A stretch of 60,000 nucleotides of DNA from positions 746,001 to 806,000 of the forward strand of contig MU057719.1 of NCBI GenBank assembly GCA_013265495.1, in the 5' to 3' direction. The notes under the pieces were generated by a model. It made no database searches, was not told the origin of the DNA, and was given only the letters and a program-made list of their open reading frames with translations. Origin of the DNA: Vicugna vicugna. Lineage: Eukaryota. The translations under genes were made by a program, and so were the position numbers. Positions 46,587 through 60,000 of this stretch are shown here, piece after piece. The first letter of the stretch is position 1, and each line of letters starts with the position of its first letter.

Positions 46587-47059
46587 CCGCACACACACAG
46601 ACACACACACAGTCACAGAGACACAGACACACGTGCATACACACATATGCACACACAGACCCACATATATACACATAAGACACACACAAACATACAGACA
46701 CACACACAGAGACACAGACACACACACAGTCACATATACACAGACACACGTGCATACACACATATGCACACACAGACCCACATATATACACATGTACAGT
46801 TACACAGATACACACGTGTACACAGTCATACAGACACACAGACAAACACGCACACATACACACACACAGAGACACACACAAACACACAGACACACACACA
46901 GAGACACAGACACACACACAGTCACATATACACAGACACACGTGCATACACACATATGCACACACAGACCCACATATATACACATGTACAGTTACACAGA
47001 TACACACGTGTACACAGTCATACAGACACACAGACAAACACGCACACGTACACACACAG
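46587..47059. repeat. Complex (CA)-rich compound microsatellite with an internal ~192-bp higher-order duplication
   Basis: The marker cacgtgcatacacacatatgcacacacagacccacatatatacacat recurs at about 46630, 46747 and 46939. Confidence 0.95.
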
Positions 47060-49569
47060 AGTTGCACCTGCAGCTCCCGGGCGAGGGTGGCACTGCCTGC
47101 ACTCAGCAGGAGGGGCTGGCCCTGCCCTCCGTCTGCTCCGGGCCGTCCCCGGCGAGGGCAGGACTCTCCGCAGCGCCCGGTGTGCCGGGCGTCGGCGCGG
47201 ACACGAGGCTGCCGTTCCCTGACCGCCGCGGCCTGTGTGGTCCTGGCCCCGGCCCGCGGCTCCCCCCAGGCGAGGACGCAGATGCCCGCCCTCCTTACCC
47301 CAGGCTGCTCCCTGACGCGAGTGCTGGCCGAGCAGGGGGAGGCAGCGGCTTTGTCGCCGCCCCCCCGCCCCCCGGTCCAGCATCTGGGGGCCTGGCTGCG
47401 TGAGGGCCCCAGTGTGCCGGGTGAAGGGAGCCCCGGCTCCTCGCCCCCTGCACGCAGCGTGCAGCTGCAGCGGTGGGAGCTGCCTGCGGCCTTGTGAACA
47501 GCTCACATTTGTGTAGTCTTTGATTTGTTGTCTTTAAAAGCATGATGCAAATTTCCCTGGTGCTGTCACCCTCCCAGGGGGTCAGCGAGGCGACTGCAGG
47601 GCACAAGGTTGTCGTGCAGAGCATGCCTCAAACTCCCTGCCCCCCATGCTCACTTAGCGGGGCCTGAGGCCAAGCAGTTGGGGTCCTCGTGGGGACAGTC
47701 CCTAAAGGGCCACTGCCCCTCAACCTGGGCCTCCCCAGAACAAACCAGATTCTGCCCAGCCCCCCCCCAGCCGAGAACTCCTCACATGGCTTCCCAGCCC
47801 GCCGCTCGGACGGGCGACCAGGGGCCCAAACCGAGTGAGAAAATAACCCCCCAAAGTAGGTCCAAGCGGCGTCCCCGGGCGAGGGGGGGTGCGGCCCGGC
47901 CTCCAGGACCGCACAGCCGCGGAGAGGAGCCGGCACTGACCATGTCCCTTGTCCCGCCCTAATGGCAGCAGGAGCCTTTGCTGGGCGGCGCGCTCCCGCG
48001 TGGCCGGCTCCCTTCAGGGCTTTCAGGGTGCTGCCTGCCGTCTCCCAGCTGCCGTCGTTTCTGGCCCGGGGTCGGCTTCTCGCTCGTCTTGGTTCCCCAC
48101 AGGCACGCGCCTGAGTCCCCAGACTTTCTCTCACGCACGCTCTGCCCTTTTTCTCCCCGTGTTCACCCCGGGCAGCTTCCGCCGCTGTCCCTGAGTTCAC
48201 GTGTGCCTCCTCCTGCCAGGCGGAGTCTGGCGTTAACCCCGTCCCGCGTAGTTTGCGTCGTAGACACTGTGGCTTGTTTCATTCTCTAGAAATTTGGTTT
48301 CATTCTTTTTAACCCCTTCTGTGTTGCTGCTTCATGTGTCCAGTTTTCCCCTGGGTCTTGACAGCTACAGTAACTGTTTTAACATCCTGGTCTCCTAACC
48401 CTTCACCTGTGCCACTGCTGGGTTCGCGCCCGCCGATGTTTCTCCTCATCGTGGGTGGGGTTTGACTCTTGGCGTGCCACGCGTGTTTCCGCGGGTGCCG
48501 GGCCCTGGGGACTCTGCCGTGCGGGAGGCAGACCCCGTCCGCACTTGTCAGCTGCGCTCTGGGTCGCGGTTGTTACTTGGAAACAGTCTCTTTCAGTCTT
48601 AGCTGTTTTGCTCTGGGAGGCAAGTCCACGCCCGTGTGAGCGCCCTGCCCAGGGCCCCGGAATGGTGAAGTCTTCCCCTCTGACAGGAGCAGGGACTTTT
48701 CCTGAACCCACGTGAGCTTCAAATATTGCTCCCTAGGACCTTTTCAAATGGTTCTTCCTCCGACCTCAGGGAGTGGCACTCACTCGTGAGCTTACCCGCG
48801 CTCAGCCGCCCACTCACGGGGACCCTCTGCAGAGATCTCTCTGTGCAGCTCCCTCTCTGCAGGACCCTGCCCTGCGGACTCTGGCCACCCCGTGTCCTTG
48901 GACCCTCAGCTCTCTCTCCCCAGTGCAGGGGGACCAGCAGGCCCCACCTGGGTTCCCTATATGGCAGCCTGGGGACTGTCGTCATGCGGGACGCTGGGAC
49001 AGTCCTGGGCCCTCCCCACTCCTGGTCCATTTCGTGAGGGTGGTCCTTCATCCCCTGATGTCAGTGCCCGGACAAGCACTGCTTCACTGACCCTCGTCCC
49101 GGGTACCTCGGTGCCTCGGGCCCCTGCGCCGTGGCCGGGACCGTCGCGCTGGTGCTGCTCCTCACGATGGGGGTTAGTGATCCGAGTGCTGAGGGGAGGC
49201 CCAGCGTCCCCCTGTTCTGTCAGCGAGCAACCCGAGGAGTGAAGAGACTTCCCAGGGAGATGGAGGGAGTCCGGCGTTGCGCAGGACCCCTCCTGTCCCC
49301 ACCCTTCATCCTACCTCCGCAGTCCTGCTATTGCTCCCTGTGTAGATTATAAATTTATTTTTATTAAAGAAATATTTTACAGCATTAAAAAAAGTCACCC
49401 CCACCCCTCCAGCCCCACTCTCTCCTCTTACCGGACGCCTACAACAGCCTCTGGATGGCCCCTCCCACCCTGCCTCCACGCCCACCTACCCGCCCAGCAA
49501 CCAAAAGCAGAACGGACCCAGTTTCTGCCCTCCTGCTGGACTCATGTCTTCACCCATCACTCCACTGAG

Positions 49570-50560
49570 AGTTATTCCGTGCCTACTATGGGCCACAGAC
49601 ACTGTTCTGGGCACCAGGGCAGAGCAGGGAGCAGAGCAGGCCGAGCCCCCGTCCTCGTGACTCAAGTTCCAGGGAGAAGAGATAACAGGAAATAAATGCA
49701 CAATGTGTGAAGGGATACCACTGAAAGCATGCGCCCAGCCGGGTGAAGGGCATTGGTGGTGGGGGTGGGGCCGTGGTATTTGGGTGGATGGGTCTCTGAG
49801 GGTCTCTGAGGGTCTCTGAGAAGGAGATATTTGAGCAGAGACCTGCATGGAATGAGGGCAGGTGCTACACAGCCATGTGAGAGAAGTGCATCCCAGGCAG
49901 CAAGAATAGCACGTGCAAAGGCCCTGAGGCAGCAAGGGGCCTGGCGCGTCAGACATAGCGAGGCCAAGGCGGCTAAAACAACCGAACAGGAGACAGAGGC
50001 AGGAGATGTGGTCCGAGAGGGGCTGGGTGCGTCTGCTGGGGCCTGTGGACACACCAGTGATGGCGTGTTTTATGTTGAGTGACGCAGGACCACCGGGATG
50101 TTTCAGGAGGAGGACTGAGAGCTCTAGCCGTCCGTGTGGGGCATCACTCTGGCTGCCGCGTGGAGAGCAGGTGGCTGGGGCTGGAGCTGGGGGCTCAGTC
50201 AGCAACCCAGGCATGAGGGGAGGGCCCGACAAGGCGGGAGGCACGGAGGCATGGGAAGGGGTCAGGCTCTGGGTGGCATTTGAGGATTTGCTGACAGATC
50301 GGGTGTGGAGCAAGAACAAGGCAGGGAGCCCAGAGGACTGAGGGGTTTGGGGTCTGAGCTGCTGGAAGGGTGGGGCTGCCATTTCCTGGGATGGGAGGGT
50401 TGCAGGAGGGGAACTGGGAGCTGGGTTTCCTGTACGCCAGTGTTAAGATGCCCCCCCCGGACATTCAGGGGTGAGGCTGCCAGCAGTCATGATGCAGGGC
50501 GAGGCCCAGGCTTGAGCTACCAGTCTGGAAGCTGTAGGAGGGTGTGTGAAGCTGGGTAGG
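49570..50560 (-). mobile_element. L2 LINE 3' portion
   Basis: gtgcctactatgggcca..cactgttctgggcac..atttgagcagagacctgcatgga..aatagcacgtgcaaaggccctgaggcag..atcactctggctgc..ggatttgctgacagat..gtctgagc..gccatttcctgggatggg. Confidence 0.8.
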
Positions 50561-51184
50561 ATCACCTCAGGAGGGGGCTGGTACAGGAACGGCAGTGTAA
50601 GGCCTAGACCCCAGGGCTCTGGACCTGTAGAGGCTGGGATTTGCAGAGAAGCCCGCAAAGGAGGCCGGGAAGGCAGGACCCTGAAGGAGGAGGAGTTCTG
50701 GGTGACAGTGACATCCGGGCACTGAGGGCCTGCATGCCTCGCTGGCCTGTAGCACCAGCATCCCCCCGGCACGTGGTCAGAGCTGCTTCGCCAGCTCCCC
50801 AGGGGGCTGGATGCAGATCCAGATGCAGGAGGCATTTCAGGGAGAAGGGGGCCCCGAGCTGCAGCAGGCTGGCACGTGAGGACCAGGCTCCCTGAAGGCT
50901 GGGTCAGGCAGGGACGGAGCCGGCTGCGCGGCCAGGTCTCTGCTGACCTCCCCCTGCGCCCCCTCCTCTTCTGCTCGTGTGCTCCGGCTCCTGAGCCCAC
51001 CTCACTCTGTGCCTCCGGGCCTTTGCACGTGCTGTTTCCTCTACAGACGCTTTCTCGTCATTGCTTCTCAACCTTCAGGTCCCAGGGCCTGGGTCACTGT
51101 CTCAGTCCTGGGGGTGGGGTGTTTATTCAGGGCCAGCTGGGAACCACTGCTGGTCCAGACTTGCTTTGGGGGCCCACGCTTTAG

Positions 51185-51290
51185 GAGAGTTCTCCAAGCG
51201 TGGTCCCTAGCCTGGCACCATCAGCAGCCCCTGGGAACTTGTGAAATGGGCCTTCTCAGCCCACCTGGACCTCTGAGCAGAAACGTCCAG
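51185..51290. mobile_element. MER5A-like hAT fragment
   Basis: gttctccaagcgtggtccc..catcagcagcccctgggaacttgtgaaatg..ttctcagcccacctggacctctgagcagaaac. Confidence 0.6.
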
Positions 51291-54200
51291 GGAAACCCCA
51301 GCTGCCAGAGCCCCCAGGGGAAGCTGCTGCGGCCCAGGTGAGGATCTCCACCTCGGTGGAGGCCCCTGGGGGGCTGGCACCGGCCCAGGCTCCAGCAGGG
51401 AGGCCAGCCAGGAGCAGGGCAGGGTGAACTGTCGGTGCTGCAGCGTTGTCGCAGCCGCGGTTACTGCCCTCGACGCACTCCCTAAGGGTAGGCCTGGGGG
51501 TCTCCCCGACCCAGGAAACGATGCTGCTCTGTTGGCCTTTTGACACCAGGAGCCCCTCACAGATGGAGGAGCCCTTGAAAGTTGGGGTCAGCACCAGCAT
51601 GTAACAGACAGCAGACGTGTCGAAAGAACTGGCAGGCGGCGGCCGGGCAGGCGGCGGCCGGATGCCGGCTCGGCAGCAGGGTGGTGGGAGCCTGCTGGGT
51701 ACGTGGGAGGGGCTGACCCACCTGGATGCCGGAGCGATGGGCAGGGGGGCACTCGTCACTCATCCCGTCCAACTGGGCAGTGGTTGGCTCTCTGGGAACA
51801 CAGGACCCCCGGCAGGCAGGCCCACCCACCATGGACCCACGGTCACAGCCGACCCTGAAAGCCTGCTCTCCCGTGCTCGGGTTGCTGTGTGGCCCAGGGG
51901 TTGGGAGCCCAGCCTGCACTGGCGCATGGGCCTGGAATCACCTGGGTCTGGCATGTCCCTGCCAAGCCTCTGAGCCTCTGTTTGCCCCCTGGTCTGGCTG
52001 ATTCAGGATTTTACTAAATGACATCGGGGTGTGTGGAGCTGCAGGCAGAGCCGCGGTGCTGGGCAGAGGCCTGGAGTCGGGTCCCCACTGCCTGCCTTCC
52101 TCCCGCCCGCCAGACCTGGCCGCCCTCCCTCGCCCTGCCTGTTCCCCGCCTGTGCTGGGAGCGCCTGTGCAGGTGAAGTGAGACACAGGGAGGGTGCTGG
52201 CCTCCCGGTCGTGCGTGGTACGTGCTTAACGAACGGTGCCCCGAAGGTCCCAGCAAACCCAGCCTGGAGTCCCTCCTGTGGGCCTGCCAGGCCCCAAGCT
52301 GGTACCAGGGGCTGCGCCCAGTTCCTGAAATCGGACGTTGAAGAGAAAAAGGGAAAAACGTTAAGGGGTTTTGCAAACCCAGCTCCTGCCCCCGTGATTT
52401 TAAGGGAGAGAAGCCATAGCGTCCGCAGCCGAGCTGGGGCTCCCCCGGCGTCTTAGACCCACCCTCCCGTCCTGCTCCCTGACTCGCTGCTTGTGGGTTG
52501 GTTGGACCACTGCAGCCCCAGAAAGTTCCCGAATGGTGCACCCCATCTGCCTTTCCCCTGCCTGGGACCCCACCCACGCTGGCCAGGCCCCAGCACTGGG
52601 GCCGCGGAGGCAGGACCTCGTCCCTCCCCTTCCCGCGTCCAGGGCCCCTTCAGCGTGGGCTTGCCAAAGGGACCCCAGCTCAGCTCAGATGGGCCTTATT
52701 TTGGAGCCGCCAGTGTCCTTGTGCTGTACGGATCCCTGGTGGCCGGAGGACCGCAGACATGGCGCCGGGTTCCTGCCTTCAGGGGGCTTACAGTCTGATG
52801 GGGAGGAGGCTCGCGCACCCCTGACCCCAGCAGCGGTAGGCAAGCTGGGCTGGGGCAGGAGGAGGGAAAAAAGACACTGACTTTAGATGGCGCACCCAAC
52901 TTCACCCCCTGCTCCACTAACCGTGGGACTGGTGTCTGCTCTGGCTGTTTCCTGGTCGGTAAAGTGGAGTCATGCTCACGCTGTCAGACTCCACCAGGGG
53001 TTACAGATGCTGTGAAGGGTGCTGTGCCCTGCCTGGCACAGAGGAGGTGCTCGGGCTGGACGACGTGCTTACTGCTGTCATGAGGCACTGGGGGGCCACC
53101 CAGGCTGCTGGAGGGAGGCAGTGACCTGTCCAGACCTAGGCTCAAGGAGCCCCAGTGGGGCAGGAGGGCAGGGCCGGAACCCCAGGCCCTGGGGGCGCCC
53201 AGCAGCCCCTGCGCTGAAGGGCAGGTTTCCCTGCTGTGTGGGGGTCACCGGCGTCAGCAGTTGGAGGGCTTTCCGGGGAGACGGATGTGAACTGTGAGCT
53301 TCTCCGGAGCCACGCCCACGATTTCAGACCCCAAGGAGACGGAACAGGAGAGGCCTGGGGGCTGCTGGGGCCCCGGGGCCGGACCTTGCTGAGCTCACCG
53401 TCCAGAGCTGGGTGGCTCGGCCTCCTCCCATCACCACCTTGGGGCCCAGGGAGGCGGTTCAGGGTTGCTGGCCTCTTCCCAGCCCTTGCTTGGTGGCGGA
53501 TGTTGGGGTGACCCTGGACAAGGCTCCTTCTCTGGGGGGCACAGCCAGGGGGCAGCGGCGTACTCAAAGCCCTCTGTACCACCAGACCTGGCCCCACAGA
53601 GCTGGCAGGTCCAGCCTTGTTTGACCTCAGTGCACCCCGAGTTTCCACTCCTCTGAGCGAGCGGGACAGTGAACAGCGGGAGGGGCTCCAGCACAGACCG
53701 CAGCGGCTACAACTTTAATTTCATTTACCTTTGGAGCGGGTTCTGAAGGCCAGCCTCACAAGCGACCCCTGGGCTGGGCCTTGCCCTCAGATAACCCAGG
53801 CCCCCGGGCGCCGCTCGCTGCTCCAGGCGACCAGGGGACCAGGGCAGCATCAGCACAACTCCCTGATGGAGGCCAAGAGGGGCGCCTCCTGCTGCTCCCT
53901 GCACCACCTGAGGTTCCCGAGTTTGGGGACGGTGACTGCTTGGGGACCCTGCCAACTGGGGGCCCCCTCTCTCTCCAGGCAGCGGAGAAGCTGAGCCCAC
54001 TGGCCAGCCCAGATGGGGCAAACCCCTGCTCCCCCCAGTTTCCTGGCCACGGCCCAGGGCCTCCCAGTCACCAGGCCCTGAGGTCTGCCTGGATCCTCTC
54101 CTCCCAGGCCACAGAGCCTTGGCGTCCCTTCCTCAGCTTCAGTGCATCCACAGTGGGCCGGGCAAGGCCGCAAAGCCAGGGTGTCCAGCCGACTGGGTCT

Positions 54201-57200
54201 TCCGCTTGCTTGGTGGGTTGACCCAGTCCTCCAGCCTCAGTTTACCCCTAGAAAGCGTGAGTTGGGTAATCATGCTGAGAGATGCGTCCGAGCCCTGTTT
54301 TCACAAAGCCTGGGAGTGTGAGCGTGTCCCGGGGGGAGTCCTGGGGTGAGATGAGATCAACACAGCAGGTCCTCCCTGTGCTGTGGTCCTGTGGCCAGTG
54401 TGGCTCTCATTAGCCCTGACTGTGCTGAACTGAGGCCCAGAGCCCGCATCACACCCCCAGCCCCCCTCCCCACCCCACTCCATAGCTCTGCTCCAGCCCA
54501 GCTAGCTGGGAGAGGACCCCCCACAGGCCATTCGTCCACGGGCAGCGCCCTCTCTGTGCGTGCAGCTGGGCGGCGGGAGCAGAGCCGTGAGCCCCAGGCA
54601 GGGCCCTGCTCTCCCACTGCTGACCCCGAGGGGCCTTCAGCGGGGATATGGGGAGAGCTTCTGGGAGTCTGTGAACCCCAGAAACAGCTGGCAAAATGGC
54701 ACGGCCCCTGTGGTCATGCTAGGGTCCCTCAAGGAGCCCAGGACGTCCACAGCGTTTCCTGAGCACCAGTGCCCCAGCCCCGCCCACCCCGGCAGCACCC
54801 AGCCCTCTACCGCGGGCGTCGTCCGGCCTCGGCCCTGGGGCTCAAGGTGGGCGCAGGCCCGGCTCATGGGGCCCGAGTGCTCCAGGGCTGAGCTGAGCTG
54901 GGTGGGGGTGGAGCCTGGGGGAGGCACAGTCCAGGTGCCTTTGGGAACTGCCTCTCCAGGCCCCAGGTCCCCGCCGCCACCACCCCACCCCCAGCCAGGC
55001 TCTGGACAATATCTCGGAGACCAGCCGCAGCACTGCTGAGCAGCTCCCCGTCTGTTTGTTACCAAACTCAGGAATCTGGGAGCCTGCGGAGCGTGAAATT
55101 AGGACCAAATGTGGAGGAGGTCTAGACAGGAACTCCGGGCCGCTCCCGCTCGAGGGCGACGGGGCCCTTGGGCTCCCAGGTAGCAGGAGCTCTCTGGTAA
55201 CCAGACAGATGTTTGTGGAGGAAAAGCGTCTGGCTCTCCGTAAGCCCTTGACGAGACACCAGGGTGGGGACGGGCCTGGCGGGGAGGCAGCAAACCTGGG
55301 CCCCAGCCCTGCTCTGCCCTCTCCTCCCCCAGCCTCAGTTTATCCACCTGGAAAACCACCTCCGTCGTCACCTAGTGGGAAGGGTGCTTGTGAAGCAAGG
55401 AGAGCCCGGGCCCCACTCAGGCCTGGGGGTCTGCATGTGTTCTGGGTTCTGGTGTCTGGTGGATCTAGAAGTCACCGGACTGGGTGAGCTGGAGGCCCAG
55501 CCAGCGCAGAGGGTGCAGGGCTGGGCTTCTCCTTGGCTCCTGAAAGGAGCACCGGGCGTCTCAGGTGAGCACTGCGGACAGGAGCCTCATGCAGCATCAC
55601 CATGCGCCCTGCACCAGGAGAGCCCGGGGGTGGGGGCACAAGGTGAACAGACCGAGGAGGCTCCATCCTCCGTCTTCAAGGCAGGGAGGGGTGGGGTGGA
55701 GCGGGGGAAGCAGGGGAAGCAGGGGAGTCTGAGCCTAGGTGCAGGACATGCGGTCCACATGGCAGCCGTGCTGGGGTCTTCCGCCAGGGGAGGGGCTCCG
55801 CTGGAGCAGGCAGGTGGAGGGCCGGCGTCTGGCTCTGCTGCCAGGTGTTTCCTGCTCCCCGACCCAGACCCACCCCACTCGGTCTTCACGCTGTGGAGGC
55901 GGGGGGACAACTGGAGCTCGAAGCGGCGGCTCCCCCGGAGATGCAGCGCCATCAGAAGGGGGCTATTGCCTGCCCAGCCCCTCTCTGCAGACTCTGGGGT
56001 GGGGGTGCACAGAGGGGCCCCACCTCACAGCCTGTCTCTGTAAAACCCGGGGGTGGGACAGGGAAGCAGAGCCGTTTATAAAGCTTTAAAACCGTTTATG
56101 GTCCCGGGGGGCAGATTAACAATTCCGCGCAATCCCGGCCAAATGGTCTTGGCTGGCAGCGCGGGGACTTCAGGGAGAGCTGGAGGAGGGGCCGCGGCAG
56201 GCGGCCTCCCCTAGGCTGCCCCTGGGCCTGCTGGCACTGCTCTGGCTCCTTGCCTTTGCCTGTGCTATCCCTCTGCCCACAGCCCTCTCCTCCCTCTCAC
56301 AGCCCAGCCCAGCCCATCAAATGGCCATCCTGCCAGGACGGCTCGGAAGCTTCCTCCTCCAGGAAGCCCCCCGTGGTTCCCTCAATGCCATACCACCCGC
56401 CCAAACCCCAAAGCCCTCCATGGTCTCTAGGGCACTCAGCGCAGCCATTCCCAGGACACGCGTGTCCAGGGGACGCTTGGTCAGACGGGTTTCCTGCTGA
56501 GCTCCCAGGCAAATCGAAGTGTCAGCGGCCCTCCCCCATCTCTGCCCCCTCTGGGGGAAGCCATCCTGGTCCAGCGCTCGGACCAGCAGCTGGCCTTTTT
56601 CACGTTCATGATTCTGAGACTCTGTCATGCCTCTCAGTCATCCAGACCCCAAACAGGCAGGGCTGGTTAAAGACAACAAACCAAGACCCTTCAAGTCCAG
56701 AGCTGGCAGGAACTGGCTTTCTAAGTCGTCCCATGCCCAGATTACAGATAGAGAAATTGAGGCCCAGACAGTGGCCCACGCCCAGGCTTACCAGCGGGTG
56801 AATGGCAGGACACTGTCCCACCAGCCTGCCTCCTGGGCAGGACAAGGGCCCCTCACGCTGGTCACCTCGGGCACAGGGAAGAGGTCTGGAAGGTGACAGC
56901 TCAGCGAGCGCAGCAAGCTGTGGGACCTGGGGAAAGGGATCTCTGGCTACTGTTCTTCCACTAACTTGCTGAGTGAGGTTACGAATGTTCCCCCGCCTCC
57001 GCCCCACTCCCCACCCCTGTGCTGGCCTCAGCCTTCCCCGACCCCACCCACCAAACAGAGGGGTGGGTCATAGTCCTTCCCAGCCCTGGCACTGCAAGCT
57101 CCTGTGAGGTGCATTAAAGAAAGTCCAGGAAGGCTTCTTGGAAGAGAAGGCGTGTTCTAGGCACTGACGGCAGGGTAAGCCCTGGAGAGGCAGAGGGAAG

Positions 57201-60000
57201 GGGATCCCGGGGGTGGCTGGGGGGCAGGGGTGAGGGAGGCCATGGCACTTTCAGGGGCTGTTCAGAGTTAACCAAGGACTGCTGTCAGGCTAGGGCACAA
57301 GCAAGCCACCCACGGTGTGCGCGTCTGCTGGCCGGGGCTGGCCCCGGGACCCATGCCCGGCGCGGGCGTCACTGCCCCTCGGCACACATCTATCTGCAGA
57401 GCGCGGCTGAGACGCTCCAGCTGGATAGGGCACGGGCGTCAGAGCCGTGGCTGCTGACAGCCCTGGGCGCCTGGCCTGTGCCGGCACCCTTCCCATCACG
57501 CCTCCAGGCCGCCTGCGCTGGAGGGCCCCCACCCAGAGCCCGCAGAGCACGGGGCCATCTGTGCCTCAGACTGAGAGGCAGGCTCTGTGGCCTCGCCCTC
57601 GGGGCCTGATGAAGGGTTTAGCCCCCGAGGGAAACAATAGAAATCCGAGCGCAGCACACCTGCCGCCTGGTGGAGCCTCAGTGTTCCCCCACTTCACAGA
57701 GGAGGGAGCTGAGGCACAGAGAAATGGGGGTGTCTGAAGCCCTGTTCTTGCGATCAACCAAGGGCAGAGCTACGCTGGCTTTCAGGGGTCCAGCCGGGAT
57801 GCTGGGGGCGGGGGGCCCTGGGCTTCATCCCAGCACTGCCTCCTTGACCGTTCCTGAGCTCGGTGAGCTCCCTCATCGATGAAGGAGGACCACAGTGATC
57901 TTTTTTGGGTGCACATAGCAGAAGCGCACACAAGGGGTTGTATCTGCTGAAAGAGGCACTGTGGATCTCGACGGGGGAATTGGGACCCCAGCCTGGCTTT
58001 CTCTGGGTGCCTGTGTCCTTCCTCTCTTCCCGCCCTGGACGGGCTCCTCACACAGGGATATGTCTGTCCCCAAGGTCAAGGGAACAACAGGGACTGGCCA
58101 GTGTCCAGGTCCCAGGCGCACTTCCTGGGAGAGGGGAGGGCCAGTCCAGCTGGGGGCCTGTCCACCCTGAGCCCAGCAGGCTGTGGTTGGGGGCGGGGAG
58201 GTAGTGGTGCTGAAGGGGGCTCTGGGCCAGCGGCTCAGGGGGCAGGGCACCGAGAGGGGGGCCGGCCTGGGTAGGCACCCCAAACCTGTCGTTGCGTGGC
58301 TGTGCCTGCTGCCGTGCCGTGTGTCCACAAAGACGCTGTGGGAGACTGGACCTCGCACCCTGGGGGCGTGGGGCCCCGCCTCGGGGTTGCTGACACCCCA
58401 GGAGGCCTATGACGGCCACAGCAGACCTGGCTCCTGCCGACCCCGGAGCTGCCATGCTGGGATGTGGGAAGTACCCTCCCCTAGCCTCAGCTGGCTCACC
58501 TTTCAAGGTGAGGGCCATGCCCCATGGGGCTAGTGTGGGATCTGAGGGGGCCTAACTGACAAGTTTGCTGGACGGGACGGTGGGGCCGCTGAAAGCCTCT
58601 GGGCCCGGGGGGCCCCGGAGCCCCTGGGCGGGCAGTGAGCTGCACGTGACTTTTGGCTGCGATGGGCCCATTAGCTGGAATGGCACACGTGGACCAGTGG
58701 CCCTGATGGGGAGCCGGGCTTCAGCTGGGTAACGGGGAGTGACTCCGTTCTCCTCTGAGCTTCAGTCTCCTCCCCAGCAAATTTCTGGTCCCAGCGCCGG
58801 CCCCGCCCTCCCACGGCCACTGGGAAGACGAGGGGAGGCTGCAGGGCTCCGCTCTGCTGCCCGCGCTCTGGCTGCGCCGGGTCGGGCAGAGACGAGCTGC
58901 AGCACCCCTGCGCCTGGGGCGGGGGGCGCGCAGGGGGAGCCGGGCCGCTCTCCGCCGGCAGCTGCTGGCTTTGCTTTTGTCTCACCTCAGCGAAGAGCGT
59001 GAAATGCAACTGGACAGCAGGCCTGGCCCCTGCCCAGCGTCCCCCGCCGGCCGCCTCCCCTGCACCCCCAGCTCCCTGGAACCGTCCCTGATCTCCCTAC
59101 CCCCTCGCAGGGCGGGCGGGCCAGCTGGCCCCAGCCACCCTGGGGGCCGAGGAAGGTGGGAGCTGCCCGGCAGGGCGCCCAGGAATGCAGGGGTCCCTGG
59201 GGCTCCTGCGCGTCTGTGTGGCCTGCGCTGTGTCCTCCTGACCGGACCCTGCTGGTCCAGCTGTCTGGAGCTGCCTGTCTGCACCTCCGTCTGTCTGAGT
59301 CTGGAGCTGTCTGTGAGTCTGTCTCATCGTCTCGTCGCTTTGGGCCTGTCTGGATCTACCTTTCTGTCCCTCTGTCTGTCTGCTCCGGATCTGGGTCCCC
59401 ACCCCCGCTTTGCCTCTGCCCCACAGCACTGCCTGGGCCAGACCCTCTTGTCAGCACCCGTCTGTGTCCTCCTCCATCTGCAGACCGGCGTCCCCGGTGT
59501 CCCTCTGCGGCCACGCTCTCTCCCAGGCCGCTTGACCCCACAGAGGAGCCTGTGGGGACCCAGTGAGCCTCCAAGCTCACCATGCGGGGCTCAGCTCCCT
59601 CACTCCCGCCCTCCGACCGCCCAGACCCTGAGTCTCCACACAAAAGCCCCGTCTGTCAGTTATTCCCACACATTCCTGGAAGAGGAAAACTCGGCCCAAA
59701 TTCCAGCAAGTCTTTGGCAAGGTTTATCAAAACCTTTAGAAACGTGCACACCACAAAGCCCTTCGCTGCATATTCCTGCAACCGCAAGAAGTGGGAAGTG
59801 ATGCTGACACCGGCCCGCGGGTCCCCGCGCCCGGCGTGAGGGGGGCCGGCCAGCGCCGGGGCCACCGCGCCTCGAGGGACACGTGGGCTGCCTGGGGCTG
59901 GACGCCTCAGGGGAAAGGGAAGGTGTAGACAGCATGACACTCTAAATGCACGTTTGCCTACATTTTTAGGAAGCAGCAGGGGAAGGATGACCCAGAACTA

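Noticed and set aside
46321..47403. Cys/Val-rich and His/Thr-rich ORFs of 190-256 aa
   Set aside because: They are translations of the CA/TG compound microsatellite.
31118..51660. Short direct duplications (gaagccagcagggctggg twice near 31118, ggtctctgag three times near 49791, gcaggcggcggccgg twice near 51632)
   Set aside because: These are ordinary replication-slippage duplications with no sign of function.
3570..57680. Several CTCF-like motifs (near 3575, 8770, 36836, 57662)
   Set aside because: Each has one or two core mismatches, and such matches are expected by chance in DNA this GC-rich. They cannot be supported without PWM scores or ChIP data.
20000..60000. Many 100-330 aa ORFs (for example 21688-22680, 30486-31280, 45545-46321, 49486-50382, 58971-59801), and a search for FAM163B coding exons
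   Set aside because: They have low-complexity P/G/A/R/S composition typical of GC-rich non-coding DNA or TE remnants. No FAM163-type MTAGTVVITGGIL-like N-terminus or other known domain was seen.

Overview
This is GC-rich mammalian genomic DNA, most likely from a camelid (camel, alpaca or llama), judging by a Vic-1-like tRNA-Ala-derived SINE and a cetartiodactyl-type DBH N-terminus. The left third holds the dopamine beta-hydroxylase gene (DBH) on the minus strand. Coding exons 1-9 run from the ATG at 17745 down to 3184, all with GT-AG boundaries and an unbroken frame; exons 10-12 lie left of the window. The DBH proximal promoter (ATAAA box, PHOX2 sites, CRE-like element) is at about 17775-17950. 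It is followed by a 280-nt assembly gap inside a G-rich tandem repeat and a MER41-like solo LTR. A CpG island at about 37.6-38.4 kb has a near-consensus REST/RE1 site and a strong plus-strand splice donor. By synteny it is probably the non-coding first exon of the divergently transcribed FAM163B, whose coding exons are not in the window. The rest is intronic or intergenic, with MIR, L1, L2, hAT and simple repeats, and nearly all other ORFs in the track are GC-rich or repeat noise. I found no new protein-coding system. The most interesting signals are regulatory or structural: two RE1 sites, an AP-2-motif minisatellite, an inverted repeat over the exon 8 acceptor, a duplicated intronic element, diverged promoter elements and AT-to-GC drift in the SINE. 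Repeat family names and motif matches are by eye from remembered consensus sequences, not database searches.
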